Shown here: piece after piece, positions 1 to 8,513 of the stretch | Position numbering within the stretch: position 1 is the first letter of the stretch | Layout: every line of letters begins with the position of its first letter | IMG/VR virus record: IMGVR_UViG_3300022910_000005 | Location: 1 to 64,000 of that record | Strand: one strand, 5' to 3' | Source of the DNA: a virus | Length of the DNA stretch: 64,000 nucleotides | Program-made: the position numbers and the translations under genes | Notes under the pieces: model-generated | What the model was told of the DNA's origin: nothing | The model's input: the letters and a program-made list of their open reading frames with translations, nothing else | The model's database searches: none

Positions 1-292
1 GTCCTACGCGCGGGGGCGGCGCGGGGGCACCCCCCTGGGTGCGCGCGGCGCGAGCGAGGCCGACACGCCCGACCGCGTTGTGGGGCTGACCTGCGGAAAC
101 GAGGGTCGGACTTGACAGTACGCCCCGGCTTGAGGCAGAGTGGTCCTCAGCACCACAGCGAGGCACGCAGAGCGAGCACACGCTGAGGTGGGCAGCACCC
201 CCGTAGTGCAGGGGGCAGCACGGGCCTCGCCCCTCTGCTACCCCCTCCACAGGGCGCACCACATGCACCCCCTGCACCACAGCACCCCCCGC

Positions 293-321
293 TTGACAAG
301 CGGGTGACAAGGCAGTAGCGT
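293..321 (+). promoter_or_regulatory. sigma70/HrdB-type promoter TTGACA-N17-TAGCGT
   Basis: TTGACA 293-298, TAGCGT 316-321; member of a repeated phage promoter family. Confidence 0.8.
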
Positions 322-648
322 ACTACCCAGCACCACAGCAGCACCCCCGCCGGGAGGCGGCACGAACACCCCTGCGAGCCAGGGCCTCACGTTGATCGGC
401 ACTCCCCGTATGGACGCCCATACGGTCGGGGGGTTCCGGGCGGCGTGGGCACACCAGCCGGGCGGGGCAGAGCGCACATGCAATCGCTGACACGAGGCAT
501 CGGGACATGCGTGATCCACGGGCTGTCCGTTGGATCTCCGATAAAGCCGGGCGACCATGCGAAACGCTCAAGCACAATCCCCTTGCACCACAGGGGAGCG
601 TGCCGAGAGCCCCTCTCCACACGGAGGGTGGCCGTCGGGACGCTCCGC

Positions 649-677
649 TTGACAAGCGAGTGACAAGCCTGTAGCGT
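649..677 (+). promoter_or_regulatory. promoter TTGACA-N17-TAGCGT
   Basis: TTGACA 649-654, TAGCGT 672-677; upstream of ORF 718. Confidence 0.85.
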
Positions 678-717
678 ACTACCCAGCACGACAACGACAA
701 CGGAAGCGAGGCACACG

Positions 718-945
718 ATGGAACGTGACCTGAGCAGCACCGATGAGCGAGAGATCGCTCTGGTCAACGAGATGGTCAAGACGCCCGGCCAACAGGTCCA
801 CATCCTGATGGGCCCGTGGGCCGCAGGCAACGGCCGGACGATCCGGGCCAACGGCAACGCCGTGACGGTCTGGGTGTTCCGGGCCGGTTGCGAGGTCGAG
901 TACGACGTGTCCGATCTGGACATCGACCGGACGGCCGCGAAGTGA
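718..945 (+). CDS. hypothetical early protein
   Basis: ORF after promoter and GAGG RBS; GC3-rich codons. Confidence 0.7.
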   Translation: MERDLSSTDEREIALVNEMVKTPGQQVHILMGPWAAGNGRTIRANGNAVTVWVFRAGCEVEYDVSDLDIDRTAAK

Positions 946-1139
946 GCCGGGTCACGATCGACATCGATACGGCGCGGTGGGCAGCCGAGAGCCTGGCGAA
1001 CCACGCCATCGAAACCCAGAGCGCCTATGAGGCGCTCTGCGCCATCAGGATGTACGACGCCATCGTGAAGGCGGGCGGCAGTTCCGCCGTCAAGCACGTC
1101 CTGTCCGACCTGGCAGAACTGGCTCACGTCGATCTGTGA
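942..1139 (+). CDS. hypothetical early protein
   Basis: GTGA overlap with upstream stop. Confidence 0.65.
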   Translation: MSRVTIDIDTARWAAESLANHAIETQSAYEALCAIRMYDAIVKAGGSSAVKHVLSDLAELAHVDL

Positions 1140-1146
1140 AAGGCCC

Positions 1147-1183
1147 GGCCGGACGGCACAAGTCGTCCGGCCGTAGCATCCAA
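1147..1183 (+). repeat. ACAA-loop hairpin repeat copy 1 (others at about 1508, 2104, 2455, 2755, 4656)
   Basis: GGCCGG(A/G)CGGC-ACAA-GTCG(T/C)CCGGCC followed by GTAGCATCCAA; 6 intergenic copies. Confidence 0.9.
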
Positions 1184-1223
1184 CCGTAAGCGAGCCGCTT
1201 GGCTCACGTCGAAAGGCAACCTC

Positions 1224-1487
1224 ATGAAGCGCACTCTGTCCGCCATCGCCCTGTCCGTCGCCCTGATCGCCGGAGGAGCGACGTCGGCCCAGGCCCAGCC
1301 GCACCACGTCGACCCGGTCAAGACCTGCGAGCGGTACCTGAAGTGGGCCGACCGCAAGCACACCGAGGCTCGTGCCGACCGGGCCGTGATCGTCTGCGGC
1401 CGGACCGTGCGGACTGAGCGGCAGGCTGAGCGGCTCTACGCTTGGGCCGCTCACCAGTCGCCGTACATCCGCGACCTGATCGGCTGA
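1224..1487 (+). CDS. small secreted protein
   Basis: N-terminal signal peptide MKRTLSAIALSVALIAGGATSAQA. Confidence 0.7.
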   Translation: MKRTLSAIALSVALIAGGATSAQAQPHHVDPVKTCERYLKWADRKHTEARADRAVIVCGRTVRTERQAERLYAWAAHQSPYIRDLIG

Positions 1488-1568
1488 AAGACCGCACGTC
1501 GCTAGACGGTCCGGCTGGCACAAGCCAGCCGGGCCTAGCATCCAACCGAAAGCCCCTTCGAACGGCGC

Positions 1569-1597
1569 TTGACAAGCGCATGACAAGCCTGTAGCGT
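1569..1597 (+). promoter_or_regulatory. promoter TTGACA-N17-TAGCGT
   Basis: near-identical to the promoter at 649. Confidence 0.85.
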
Positions 1598-1627
1598 ACT
1601 ACCCAACGACAGAGAGCGAGGCACACA

Positions 1628-1867
1628 GTGAAGCGACCGGAGCACACCAGCAACGTGAACGACATCCGGCTGATTGAGAAGTACCTCAAGGCGCACCGCA
1701 AGCCGGTGTGGGTGGTCCACACCCCGCCCGAAAGCCGTCTGCTGGGTGGCTTCGCCTGCGAACTGATCGACTCGTCCGGGAACCGGATGTGGAAGGTCAA
1801 GATCGCCAACGGCGACATCCTGACCGTCGATCGGCGTGAGATCTCAATGCAGATCGGGGAGTGGTGA
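1628..1867 (+). CDS. hypothetical protein
   Basis: ORF after promoter and RBS. Confidence 0.65.
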   Translation: MKRPEHTSNVNDIRLIEKYLKAHRKPVWVVHTPPESRLLGGFACELIDSSGNRMWKVKIANGDILTVDRREISMQIGEW

Positions 1868-1869
1868 GC

Positions 1870-2097
1870 ATGGCCAACATCGAGATGCGGTTCCTGATCG
1901 GGGACCTGAGCGAGACTGCCGGAACCCGCCGGATCACCCAGCCGGACGGCGGGACGTTCGTCCTCGGCCGATCCTGCCGCGTACCGGATGAGGCGACGTC
2001 GGCACTGGCCAACGGTCTGCTGGCCGACGTCAAGGTATCGGTCAACTTCTGTAACGACGTCGTCCGGATCTGGGATGTCAAGCCCGTAGCACGCTGA
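1870..2097 (+). CDS. hypothetical protein
   Basis: in-operon ORF; start uncertain (1861-1870). Confidence 0.6.
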   Translation: MANIEMRFLIGDLSETAGTRRITQPDGGTFVLGRSCRVPDEATSALANGLLADVKVSVNFCNDVVRIWDVKPVAR

Positions 2098-2101
2098 TCG
2101 T

Positions 2102-2174
2102 CCGGCCGGGCGGCACAAGTCGTCCGGCCGTAGCATCCAAGCCGCACAACCGGAAGGGGTCCATCGTGGCCATC
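2102..2174 (+). repeat. about 73-bp direct repeat (hairpin + RBS + first 3 codons), second copy about 2453-2525
   Basis: two copies differ by one base. Confidence 0.9.
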
Positions 2175-2447
2175 CACAGCAAGAACCGCGCCATCATCCT
2201 GTCCAAGATCCAGGACCGCGACAACTTCGCGGTAGCCAGCATGTCGGGAGGCGTGTTCTGCGGAACCGGGCGACTCTCGCCCGAACTGGCGGACGAGATC
2301 AAGGCGGACAAGCCGGTCTACGTCGTCTACTCGTACGGAACGCCGATCGGCTGGGTCCTGCCCGACAACCGGGCCAAGGTGCCTACCGTGTCCTACTCGG
2401 CGACAACGTCCGCCCACCAAGGCATCGTACGCCAGGCTCTGCTCTGA
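2166..2447 (+). CDS. conserved-type phage hypothetical protein
   Basis: YVVYSYGTPIGW...YSATTSAHQ pattern recalled from phage early proteins. Confidence 0.65.
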   Translation: MAIHSKNRAIILSKIQDRDNFAVASMSGGVFCGTGRLSPELADEIKADKPVYVVYSYGTPIGWVLPDNRAKVPTVSYSATTSAHQGIVRQALL

Positions 2448-2516
2448 AACGCCCGGCCGGGCGGCACAAGTCGCCCGGCCGTAGCATCCAAGCCGCACAA
2501 CCGGAAGGGGTCCATC

Positions 2517-2747
2517 GTGGCCATCGTCGAGACAGTTACAGCCAAGATCGTCGAGAGCGAACTGCTCAAGAACTCTGCGAGTGGGGCGGCGCGCTACCGG
2601 ATCACCTTCGACGACGGGGTGACCCGAACGAGTAGCAGTGACGCATCGTGGGTATGGGGATTCGGGAATCCCGGAATGCGCAACGGCGACAAGGTGACCA
2701 TGACCTTGACCCGTGCGGGCTACATCTCGCACATGTCGCCAGCCTGA
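2517..2747 (+). CDS. hypothetical protein (paralog of 4222..4446)
   Basis: shared G..(Y/W)(R/K)(I/V)TFDD pattern. Confidence 0.65.
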   Translation: MAIVETVTAKIVESELLKNSASGAARYRITFDDGVTRTSSSDASWVWGFGNPGMRNGDKVTMTLTRAGYISHMSPA

Positions 2748-2807
2748 AACGCCCGGCCGGGCGGCACAAGTCGCCCGGCCGTAGCATCCAAGCCGCACGA
2801 ACCGCAG

Positions 2808-2836
2808 TTGACAACCGCTTGGCAAGCCTGTAGAGT
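2808..2836 (+). promoter_or_regulatory. promoter TTGACA-N17-TAGAGT, leaderless start at 2844
   Basis: ATG 7 nt after the -10; an RBS-preceded ATG at 2865 is an alternative start. Confidence 0.8.
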
Positions 2837-2843
2837 ACTACCC

Positions 2844-3524
2844 ATGACGACGACGGAGGCCACGATGACCGAGACAACACCGGCAGTGAAGCGCAAGGCG
2901 CTCTCCCTGGACGCCCTCCTGCCCAGCAAGGGCGAGATGACCGGCCGCATCCTCGCCACGTACAACGCGGCGAACGAGGACCAGATGCTCGATGGCAAGT
3001 CCTGGTACAGCACTGCGCATCACCTGGCCGTCCGGCTCGACCCTGAGTCACCGATCAGAGCGGCTGGTGTGATCGCGGCGCTCTCTCCACAGATGGACTG
3101 GGAGCGCAACATGTTCCTGGCCGAGCGGACCTACGCCGAGGGTCTGGCGTACGGATGCCTCGGGGTGTCCTGCCGTAAGGCGAACGAGATCTACAACGGC
3201 AACGGCTCCGAGGTTGACGTGATGCGGCTGCTGAACGCGCCGAAGACGCAGGCTTTCGCCGCGACCATCGCGAACCCGGACCATGAGGATGCCGTGGTGA
3301 TCGACCGGCACGCCGTGAGCATCGCTCTCGGTCGACCGTCCGACGACGCCGACGTGGCCACGCTCGGCCGGAAGGGTGCCTACGCCTACTACGCCGCTGC
3401 CTACCGGGCCGCCGCCGAGGTTGCCGGTGTGTCGCCGTCCACGATGCAGGCCGTGACCTGGGTGGTCTGGCGCGAGACGTCCATCCGCACGGCCGCCGCC
3501 GTCCGAGCGAAAGCCGGTCGCTGA
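2844..3524 (+). CDS. phage protein with HhH-GPD glycosylase-like motifs
   Basis: WY...AALSPQ..W..N, KTxAF, VVIDRHA, QAxTW motifs. Confidence 0.5.
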   Translation: MTTTEATMTETTPAVKRKALSLDALLPSKGEMTGRILATYNAANEDQMLDGKSWYSTAHHLAVRLDPESPIRAAGVIAALSPQMDWERNMFLAERTYAEGLAYGCLGVSCRKANEIYNGNGSEVDVMRLLNAPKTQAFAATIANPDHEDAVVIDRHAVSIALGRPSDDADVATLGRKGAYAYYAAAYRAAAEVAGVSPSTMQAVTWVVWRETSIRTAAAVRAKAGR

Positions 3525-3601
3525 CAGGTCGAAACGAGGGCCGGGAAACCGGCTTTCGTCCACGGGTGAGGCCCGTGCTGACGAGACCAGAGGAGAAGCA
3601 G

Positions 3602-3889
3602 ATGCCCGACAAGGTGACGTACGACGTGTTCCGCGACTGGATGAACCGGCCGGTCAAGCCGTACCGCAGTGAGGCGCTCTACCGGCCCGACCTGCGCAAG
3701 GCCATGATGGCCAAGATCGCCGCTCCGCTTCAGGTGATCCGCGAGCGTGGCGATGCGGAATGGACCGACGCGACCAAGATCCGTTACGAACAGGTCGACC
3801 CGGAGATGGGCATGGTCCGGTTCGTCGTCCGGCTGGCCGACGGCACCGAGCACACGGTGTCGGAGGACCGTGTCCGCGTCCGTCCCTGA
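3602..3889 (+). CDS. hypothetical protein
   Basis: GAGGAG RBS, ATG at 3602. Confidence 0.65.
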   Translation: MPDKVTYDVFRDWMNRPVKPYRSEALYRPDLRKAMMAKIAAPLQVIRERGDAEWTDATKIRYEQVDPEMGMVRFVVRLADGTEHTVSEDRVRVRP

Positions 3890-4179
3890 TGCCGCCGCAG
3901 TGGGAGGCCACGCTCACGCCGAAAGACGGGAGCGTGGTCAACGGCGACAAGCGCGAGATCGGCGTCGTGAGCGTCGTCCGGCTGGACAGCCCGGACGCCG
4001 ATCCGGTCAAGGTGGCCAGCCGTGAGGTTCGCGCGCTCACCTTGATCGGCCTGCGACGCAAGGCGGATCGAATCGCGAACGACCTGATTGACCGTGATCG
4101 GCGCAAGGTGAAGGCGGCCATCCAAGCCAAGATCGACCGCAAGCAAGCCGAACTTGACAAGCAGTTGTCAAGCCAGTAG
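3889..4179 (+). CDS. hypothetical protein with C-terminal coiled coil
   Basis: TGATG coupling to upstream gene. Confidence 0.6.
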   Translation: MPPQWEATLTPKDGSVVNGDKREIGVVSVVRLDSPDADPVKVASREVRALTLIGLRRKADRIANDLIDRDRRKVKAAIQAKIDRKQAELDKQLSSQ

Positions 4180-4182
4180 AGT
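4154..4182 (+). promoter_or_regulatory. promoter with operator palindrome TTGACAAGCAGTTGTCAA
   Basis: TTGACA-N17-TAGAGT. Confidence 0.85.
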
Positions 4183-4221
4183 ACTACCCATCAGCCCGAA
4201 CGAGCAGAGAGCGAGACCACG

Positions 4222-4446
4222 ATGAGCATCAAGATCGTCCGCAAGGTCGTCACCAAGGTCGAGCGCAAGAGCGCCACCCGCAACGGCCGCATCGTCTGGA
4301 AAGTCACCTTCGACGACAACACGGTGGCCACCACCAAGCCGAACTCACACTTCGGCCTGACCGTCACCCAGAACGAGCAGGGCCTGTACTCGGTCGAGTT
4401 CGACGACTACGGCCGGATCGTCGGCTGGGAGAAGGAGGAAGCCTGA
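4222..4446 (+). CDS. hypothetical protein (paralog of 2517..2747)
   Basis: ORF after promoter. Confidence 0.65.
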   Translation: MSIKIVRKVVTKVERKSATRNGRIVWKVTFDDNTVATTKPNSHFGLTVTQNEQGLYSVEFDDYGRIVGWEKEEA

Positions 4447-4698
4447 TGGCCGCCCGGGGCGAAGCGCAGGCGATGAAGGTGGACGGCGTGTTGATGCTGG
4501 TCTGCCAGTACTTCGGGGCCTGCACGAACGGCACCCTGAGCGCCTACGACCATCCGGTGCTCGGACCTGTGCCGACGTGCGTCCGCTGCGCTCGCAAGAT
4601 GCGCATCGCGAACGACCTGAAGCCGATCGAACTGGTGGTCGAGAACTGAACTGCCCAGCCGGGCGGCACAAGTCGCCCGGCTGTAGTATCCAACAGAG

Positions 4699-4727
4699 TT
4701 GACAAGCAAGTGACAAGCCTGTAGCGT
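4699..4727 (+). promoter_or_regulatory. promoter TTGACA-N17-TAGCGT
   Basis: family member directly after hairpin copy 6. Confidence 0.85.
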
Positions 4728-4750
4728 ACTACCAACGACGACGAAGGGAA

Positions 4751-5041
4751 GTGAGCATCGTGGGCAACCGGATGCGGTTCAACGCACGGGAGAAGGAACT
4801 GCTCGCCAGTGGCGTGCTGGACATCGAGGTGTCCTACGGCTCCGGCCAGTGGATCGCCTTCCGGCTCTCCAGCACCGAGACCGAGAAGTCGGTCGACGGC
4901 TACTGGCGCACCGCCGTCGGCATCATCGTCAGCGACATGAACACCAAGGGCCAGAGGTCCAAGGTGATCGGCAAGGGCTGGCAGATGCGCGGCACGCCCG
5001 GCCACATCCGCCCGGTCGGCTCCGACTGGAAGGTGACCTGA
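4751..5041 (+). CDS. hypothetical protein
   Basis: ORF after promoter. Confidence 0.6.
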   Translation: MSIVGNRMRFNAREKELLASGVLDIEVSYGSGQWIAFRLSSTETEKSVDGYWRTAVGIIVSDMNTKGQRSKVIGKGWQMRGTPGHIRPVGSDWKVT

Positions 5042-5042
5042 G

Positions 5043-5318
5043 ATGGCGCAGCAGTTCAAGATCCTCGGGCACGAGACCTGGTACGAGGTCACAGAAGTGA
5101 CCGCGCAGCAGGCGCACAACGCTGGATGCCCGACCGCGACGCACCGGATCGAAGGACCGCGCACCCACTCGCTCTACTGGGGCCGGTTCGAGTGGAACGG
5201 CAAGCGCGTCAGCAAGATCCCCGGAACGACCAACAGGCACGGCATCAAGGCCGTGTTCCACACCGAAACCCCAGGCACGGACGATGTCCGGTTGCCTGGT
5301 CACCTCACCACCGACTGA
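5043..5318 (+). CDS. hypothetical protein
   Basis: in-operon ORF. Confidence 0.6.
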   Translation: MAQQFKILGHETWYEVTEVTAQQAHNAGCPTATHRIEGPRTHSLYWGRFEWNGKRVSKIPGTTNRHGIKAVFHTETPGTDDVRLPGHLTTD

Positions 5319-5334
5319 GAAGGGAGGCACCACG

Positions 5335-6669
5335 ATGGCCAAGACGCCGTCCGACATCCAGAACGAATGCATCAAGGCGCTACGGCGCGACTTCGCGGCC
5401 GGGCTCAACCGCTTGGCCATCGTGCTGCCGACCGGCACCGGAAAGGGCTTCGTGATCGCCATGTGCGCGGCCACGTTCGCGGCCGGTAAGCGTGTGCTGG
5501 TGCTGGCCAACTCCGGCAAGTTGATGCGCCAGATCGAGGAGGACATCCGGGAACTGCTGCCGAACGCCTCGATCGGCTGGGTCAAGGCGGGCCGCAACGA
5601 GGTCAGCGCCGAGATCGTCATCGCCAGCGTGCAGTCGATGTCCGAGAAGCGCTGCCACGAGATAACCAACGTCGGGCTGGTGCTTGGCGACGAGACGCAC
5701 TACGCGGTCGCCCCGTCATGGATGCGGGTGTTCGCTCACTTCGGCTGCTTCGAGCCGGGAAGTTCTTCCACGCCGTACATCGGCTTCACGGCCACGCTGG
5801 TGCGCAACGATGAGAAGGGCATGGGTGACCTGTTCCAGAAGGTGTCGCTTCAGCGTGACCTGAAGTGGGCCATCAAGAACGGCTACGTGCTCCCCGACCG
5901 GCGGATCGACGTGGCCATGCCGACGCTCGACCTGCGGAACGTGCCGCAGGATACGGAAGGAGAGTACAACCAGGAGGTGATCGGCGCGATGCTGGCCGAT
6001 CCGTCGGCTGGCCGGTTCATCGCCCGCACGTTCAAGCACTACGCAAGGGGCAAGCGCGGGATCGTCTACGCCCCGTCCAAGAAGGCCGCTCACGCGCTCG
6101 GTGAGTTCTTCACCGAAGCCGGGATCACGAACGCGGTGATCACCGGGGACATGCCGGAGGACGAGCGGGAGGAGATCTACGCCGCAGCACGCCGAAACGA
6201 GATCCAGGCGCTGATCAACGTGGGCGTGTTGATCGCCGGGTTCGACGATCAGGGCATCTGGCTGGTCCTGGTGGCGACGATGACGAAGGCGCAGAGTCGC
6301 CTGACGCAGATCGCTGGCCGGGCCATGCGGATCGACCGCAGCGACCCGACGAAGACCGAGGGCCTGGTCGTCGTGATGCAGGGCGTCGAGGCCGAGATCG
6401 CCACGATCGTCGACCTGAAGCGAACCGGCGCAAAGAAGCCGACCCGGACGGCGTCCGCCAAGCGGGCCAGTCTGGCGAAGATCCCGGCCAGGATGCTGGA
6501 CGGCCAGTACAAGGCGCGGCGTGACGGTGGCTACCTGGTGGTGACCCGGCTGCATCCAGACCCGATGGAGATCTACCGCGTGCCAATGCCAACGAAGGGA
6601 GGCGAAGAGATCGCCGCGAAGGTGATCCGGCTGGACCAACTCCAGCGCAACAAGGCCAAGAAGCGTTGA
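5335..6669 (+). CDS. SF2 DExH-box helicase
   Basis: LPTGTGKG (Walker A), DETH, TAT, GFD, QIAGRAMR motifs; GGAGG RBS. Confidence 0.92.
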   Translation: MAKTPSDIQNECIKALRRDFAAGLNRLAIVLPTGTGKGFVIAMCAATFAAGKRVLVLANSGKLMRQIEEDIRELLPNASIGWVKAGRNEVSAEIVIASVQSMSEKRCHEITNVGLVLGDETHYAVAPSWMRVFAHFGCFEPGSSSTPYIGFTATLVRNDEKGMGDLFQKVSLQRDLKWAIKNGYVLPDRRIDVAMPTLDLRNVPQDTEGEYNQEVIGAMLADPSAGRFIARTFKHYARGKRGIVYAPSKKAAHALGEFFTEAGITNAVITGDMPEDEREEIYAAARRNEIQALINVGVLIAGFDDQGIWLVLVATMTKAQSRLTQIAGRAMRIDRSDPTKTEGLVVVMQGVEAEIATIVDLKRTGAKKPTRTASAKRASLAKIPARMLDGQYKARRDGGYLVVTRLHPDPMEIYRVPMPTKGGEEIAAKVIRLDQLQRNKAKKR

Positions 6670-6694
6670 CAACCGCCTGACAAGAGAGTAGAGT
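6666..6694 (+). promoter_or_regulatory. promoter TTGACA-N17-TAGAGT, leaderless start at 6702
   Basis: ATG 7 nt after the -10, no RBS. Confidence 0.8.
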
Positions 6695-6701
6695 ACACCC
6701 C

Positions 6702-6887
6702 ATGAAGAACTACTGGCTACGCGACGGCGGCGGCGGCACCTGGCCGATGTCCTTCAGGAACAACGAAGAGGCGATCAACTTCGCGTTCCGATCGCAGTCC
6801 TTCCAGCGCAAGGACCAGGTCGTCTCGGTGCGAGACGCCGACCACAACCTCATCTGGGCCACGACAACCGAAAGGAAGTCTTCATGA
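6702..6887 (+). CDS. hypothetical protein (leaderless)
   Basis: ORF at predicted +1. Confidence 0.6.
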   Translation: MKNYWLRDGGGGTWPMSFRNNEEAINFAFRSQSFQRKDQVVSVRDADHNLIWATTTERKSS

Positions 6888-7195
6888 TCAAGAACATCGC
6901 CACCATGCACACCACGAGCATCAGCGGCCTGCCGCTGCTGGTCGTGTTCCTGCCGCCCGGCACCTGGGCCGGGTATCCGGCCGCGAAGTCCGACAAGCCG
7001 CTGGTGGAGTTCTACGACACCCGCTACGACCACACGCTGTTCGGCCAGTTCACGGGCGGACGCTACTACGCCGACGAACTGCTGACGGTCGACCGACCGG
7101 ACCGGGGCCTGGCCCTGGAGAGTGGCGTTCGTGACTGGACGATCAGCGCCACCGAAATCGCCAAGATCCGCACCTGGGTAGAGGACTTGATATGA
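6884..7195 (+). CDS. conserved-type phage hypothetical protein
   Basis: PLVEFYD.RY...GQF..RYY pattern; ATGA overlap. Confidence 0.7.
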   Translation: MIKNIATMHTTSISGLPLLVVFLPPGTWAGYPAAKSDKPLVEFYDTRYDHTLFGQFTGGRYYADELLTVDRPDRGLALESGVRDWTISATEIAKIRTWVEDLI

Positions 7196-7431
7196 CGTAC
7201 GACGAGTTCCAGTACCACACGCCCGCCGCGAAGGCGGGCACCCTGTTCATCCGCGCCCTGCCGGACGACGAACTGAAGCAGGCAATGGATCAAGGCACGC
7301 CTGCCTACAACAAGGTGATGGCGATGCTCGGTCCGGACACGAACCCGTTCTGGATCACCTCGCTGGCCGCCGAGACGGCCTACTTCCGAAACCTCATCAG
7401 CGAGAAAGAGTTCGACTGGAGGACCGAGTGA
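7192..7431 (+). CDS. hypothetical protein
   Basis: ATGA overlap. Confidence 0.6.
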   Translation: MTYDEFQYHTPAAKAGTLFIRALPDDELKQAMDQGTPAYNKVMAMLGPDTNPFWITSLAAETAYFRNLISEKEFDWRTE

Positions 7432-7776
7432 CCAACCGATTCGGGATCGACGACGAGCACCTGCCGGACCTGCGGGACGTGCAAGGCGGCCGACCGGCCC
7501 CGGAACCGTCGTTCGCCCGTCGCGTCTGGGACGCGAAGACGGACCCGTGGGCACCGCAGTACGACCCGGCGTGGGTCGGGACGGAGCCTCCGTCGTGAGC
7601 GGCGAACGGCGAACGATCTACTGGTACCGGGGCGTCGCGTACGCAGCCGACGGCACCGCGCTCGGCTGGATGAGCCTGAGTGAGGCGGCGATGCTGACCG
7701 CAGCGGCCGGTGACCGGGCAGGCGACATGGCGTTCGTGCGGATCGGCCTGCCGCCTACCTGACGGAAGTACCTGAG

Positions 7777-7810
7777 AGCCCGGCCAGCAGACTCTGCTGG
7801 CCGGGCTTTT
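7777..7810. terminator. intrinsic terminator between convergent operons
   Basis: AGCCCGGCCAGCAG-ACT-CTGCTGGCCGGGCT followed by TTT. Confidence 0.85.
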
Positions 7811-7815
7811 CGGCG

Positions 7816-8043
7816 TCAGTCGAGGATCGTGCCGCTCCAACCGGCTCGGCGCAACTGTGCCCGCAGGTTCTTCTTCCAGCGCGCCCGGTCGCCGGGCGAG
7901 CAGGGGATCATGATGATCGGCCCGTTGTCCGGTGGGTAGACCTTGGTGTGCTTGCCGCCTTCGGCCTGGAGGCTGACCCGCCAGCCGGGTAGGGACGCCA
8001 GTTCCTTCTCCAGCGACTTGATGACCTTCTGCTCGGAACTCAT
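7816..8043 (-). CDS. HicA-like mRNA interferase family protein
   Basis: GW...GGKHTKVYPP.NG...IPCSPGD...NLRAQLRRAG pattern. Confidence 0.7.
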   Translation of the reverse strand: MSSEQKVIKSLEKELASLPGWRVSLQAEGGKHTKVYPPDNGPIIMIPCSPGDRARWKKNLRAQLRRAGWSGTILD

Positions 8044-8513
8044 CGACCTTCCTCTCGTTCGGCCGCACGCCGTAGGCGACGTTCTGCGGCTGCTGCGGCT
8101 CTCCGGGCACGATCGGCCCGTGCCTGGCTCAGTTCGGGCGCGAGCGGAGCGCTGGGGGCCGCTGGTGACCAGTCCTTGCCGTGGCCCTTCAACGCCGCCG
8201 CCCGCCGGTTGCAGCGTCCGCGATGCTCCGGCCCGCCGTACCGGCCGTCGTCCAGGTGACCGAGGTCCCACTCCTCGCCCGGCAGGATCAACCCACCGCA
8301 GCGCCAGCAGGTGACGAGCCCGGCCAGCACTGCCGGGGCCGCCTCCACTCGCGCGGCGACATGCTTCGCGTCGTACCCGCGCTCCTGCCGAGAGCCGCGC
8401 CGCGCTTCGTACGCCTGCGCGTGCGGCTCGCACCGGTTGCCGTTAGTTGCCGGGAAAGGACATCTGGAGTTGTCCGTCACTTTCTCCGCGCAGGTCCGCT
8501 TCGCTCTTGGCAT
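8040..8513 (-). CDS. HNH endonuclease (packaging-associated type)
   Basis: ERGYDAKH, CWRCG, WDLGH, PEH...CNR motifs. Confidence 0.85.
   Translation of the reverse strand: MPRAKRTCAEKVTDNSRCPFPATNGNRCEPHAQAYEARRGSRQERGYDAKHVAARVEAAPAVLAGLVTCWRCGGLILPGEEWDLGHLDDGRYGGPEHRGRCNRRAAALKGHGKDWSPAAPSAPLAPELSQARADRARRAAAAAERRLRRAAEREEGR

Noticed and set aside
2441-2500. Hairpin repeat as a hammerhead or twister ribozyme (CTGAAAC, ACAAG)
   Set aside because: Catalytic cores and pseudoknots could not be matched by eye; left as an unknown structured element.
1140-4693. Hairpin repeats as a CRISPR array or integron attC array
   Set aside because: Spacing is 300-1900 bp with whole genes between repeats; no cas operon or integron integrase; no attC core sites.
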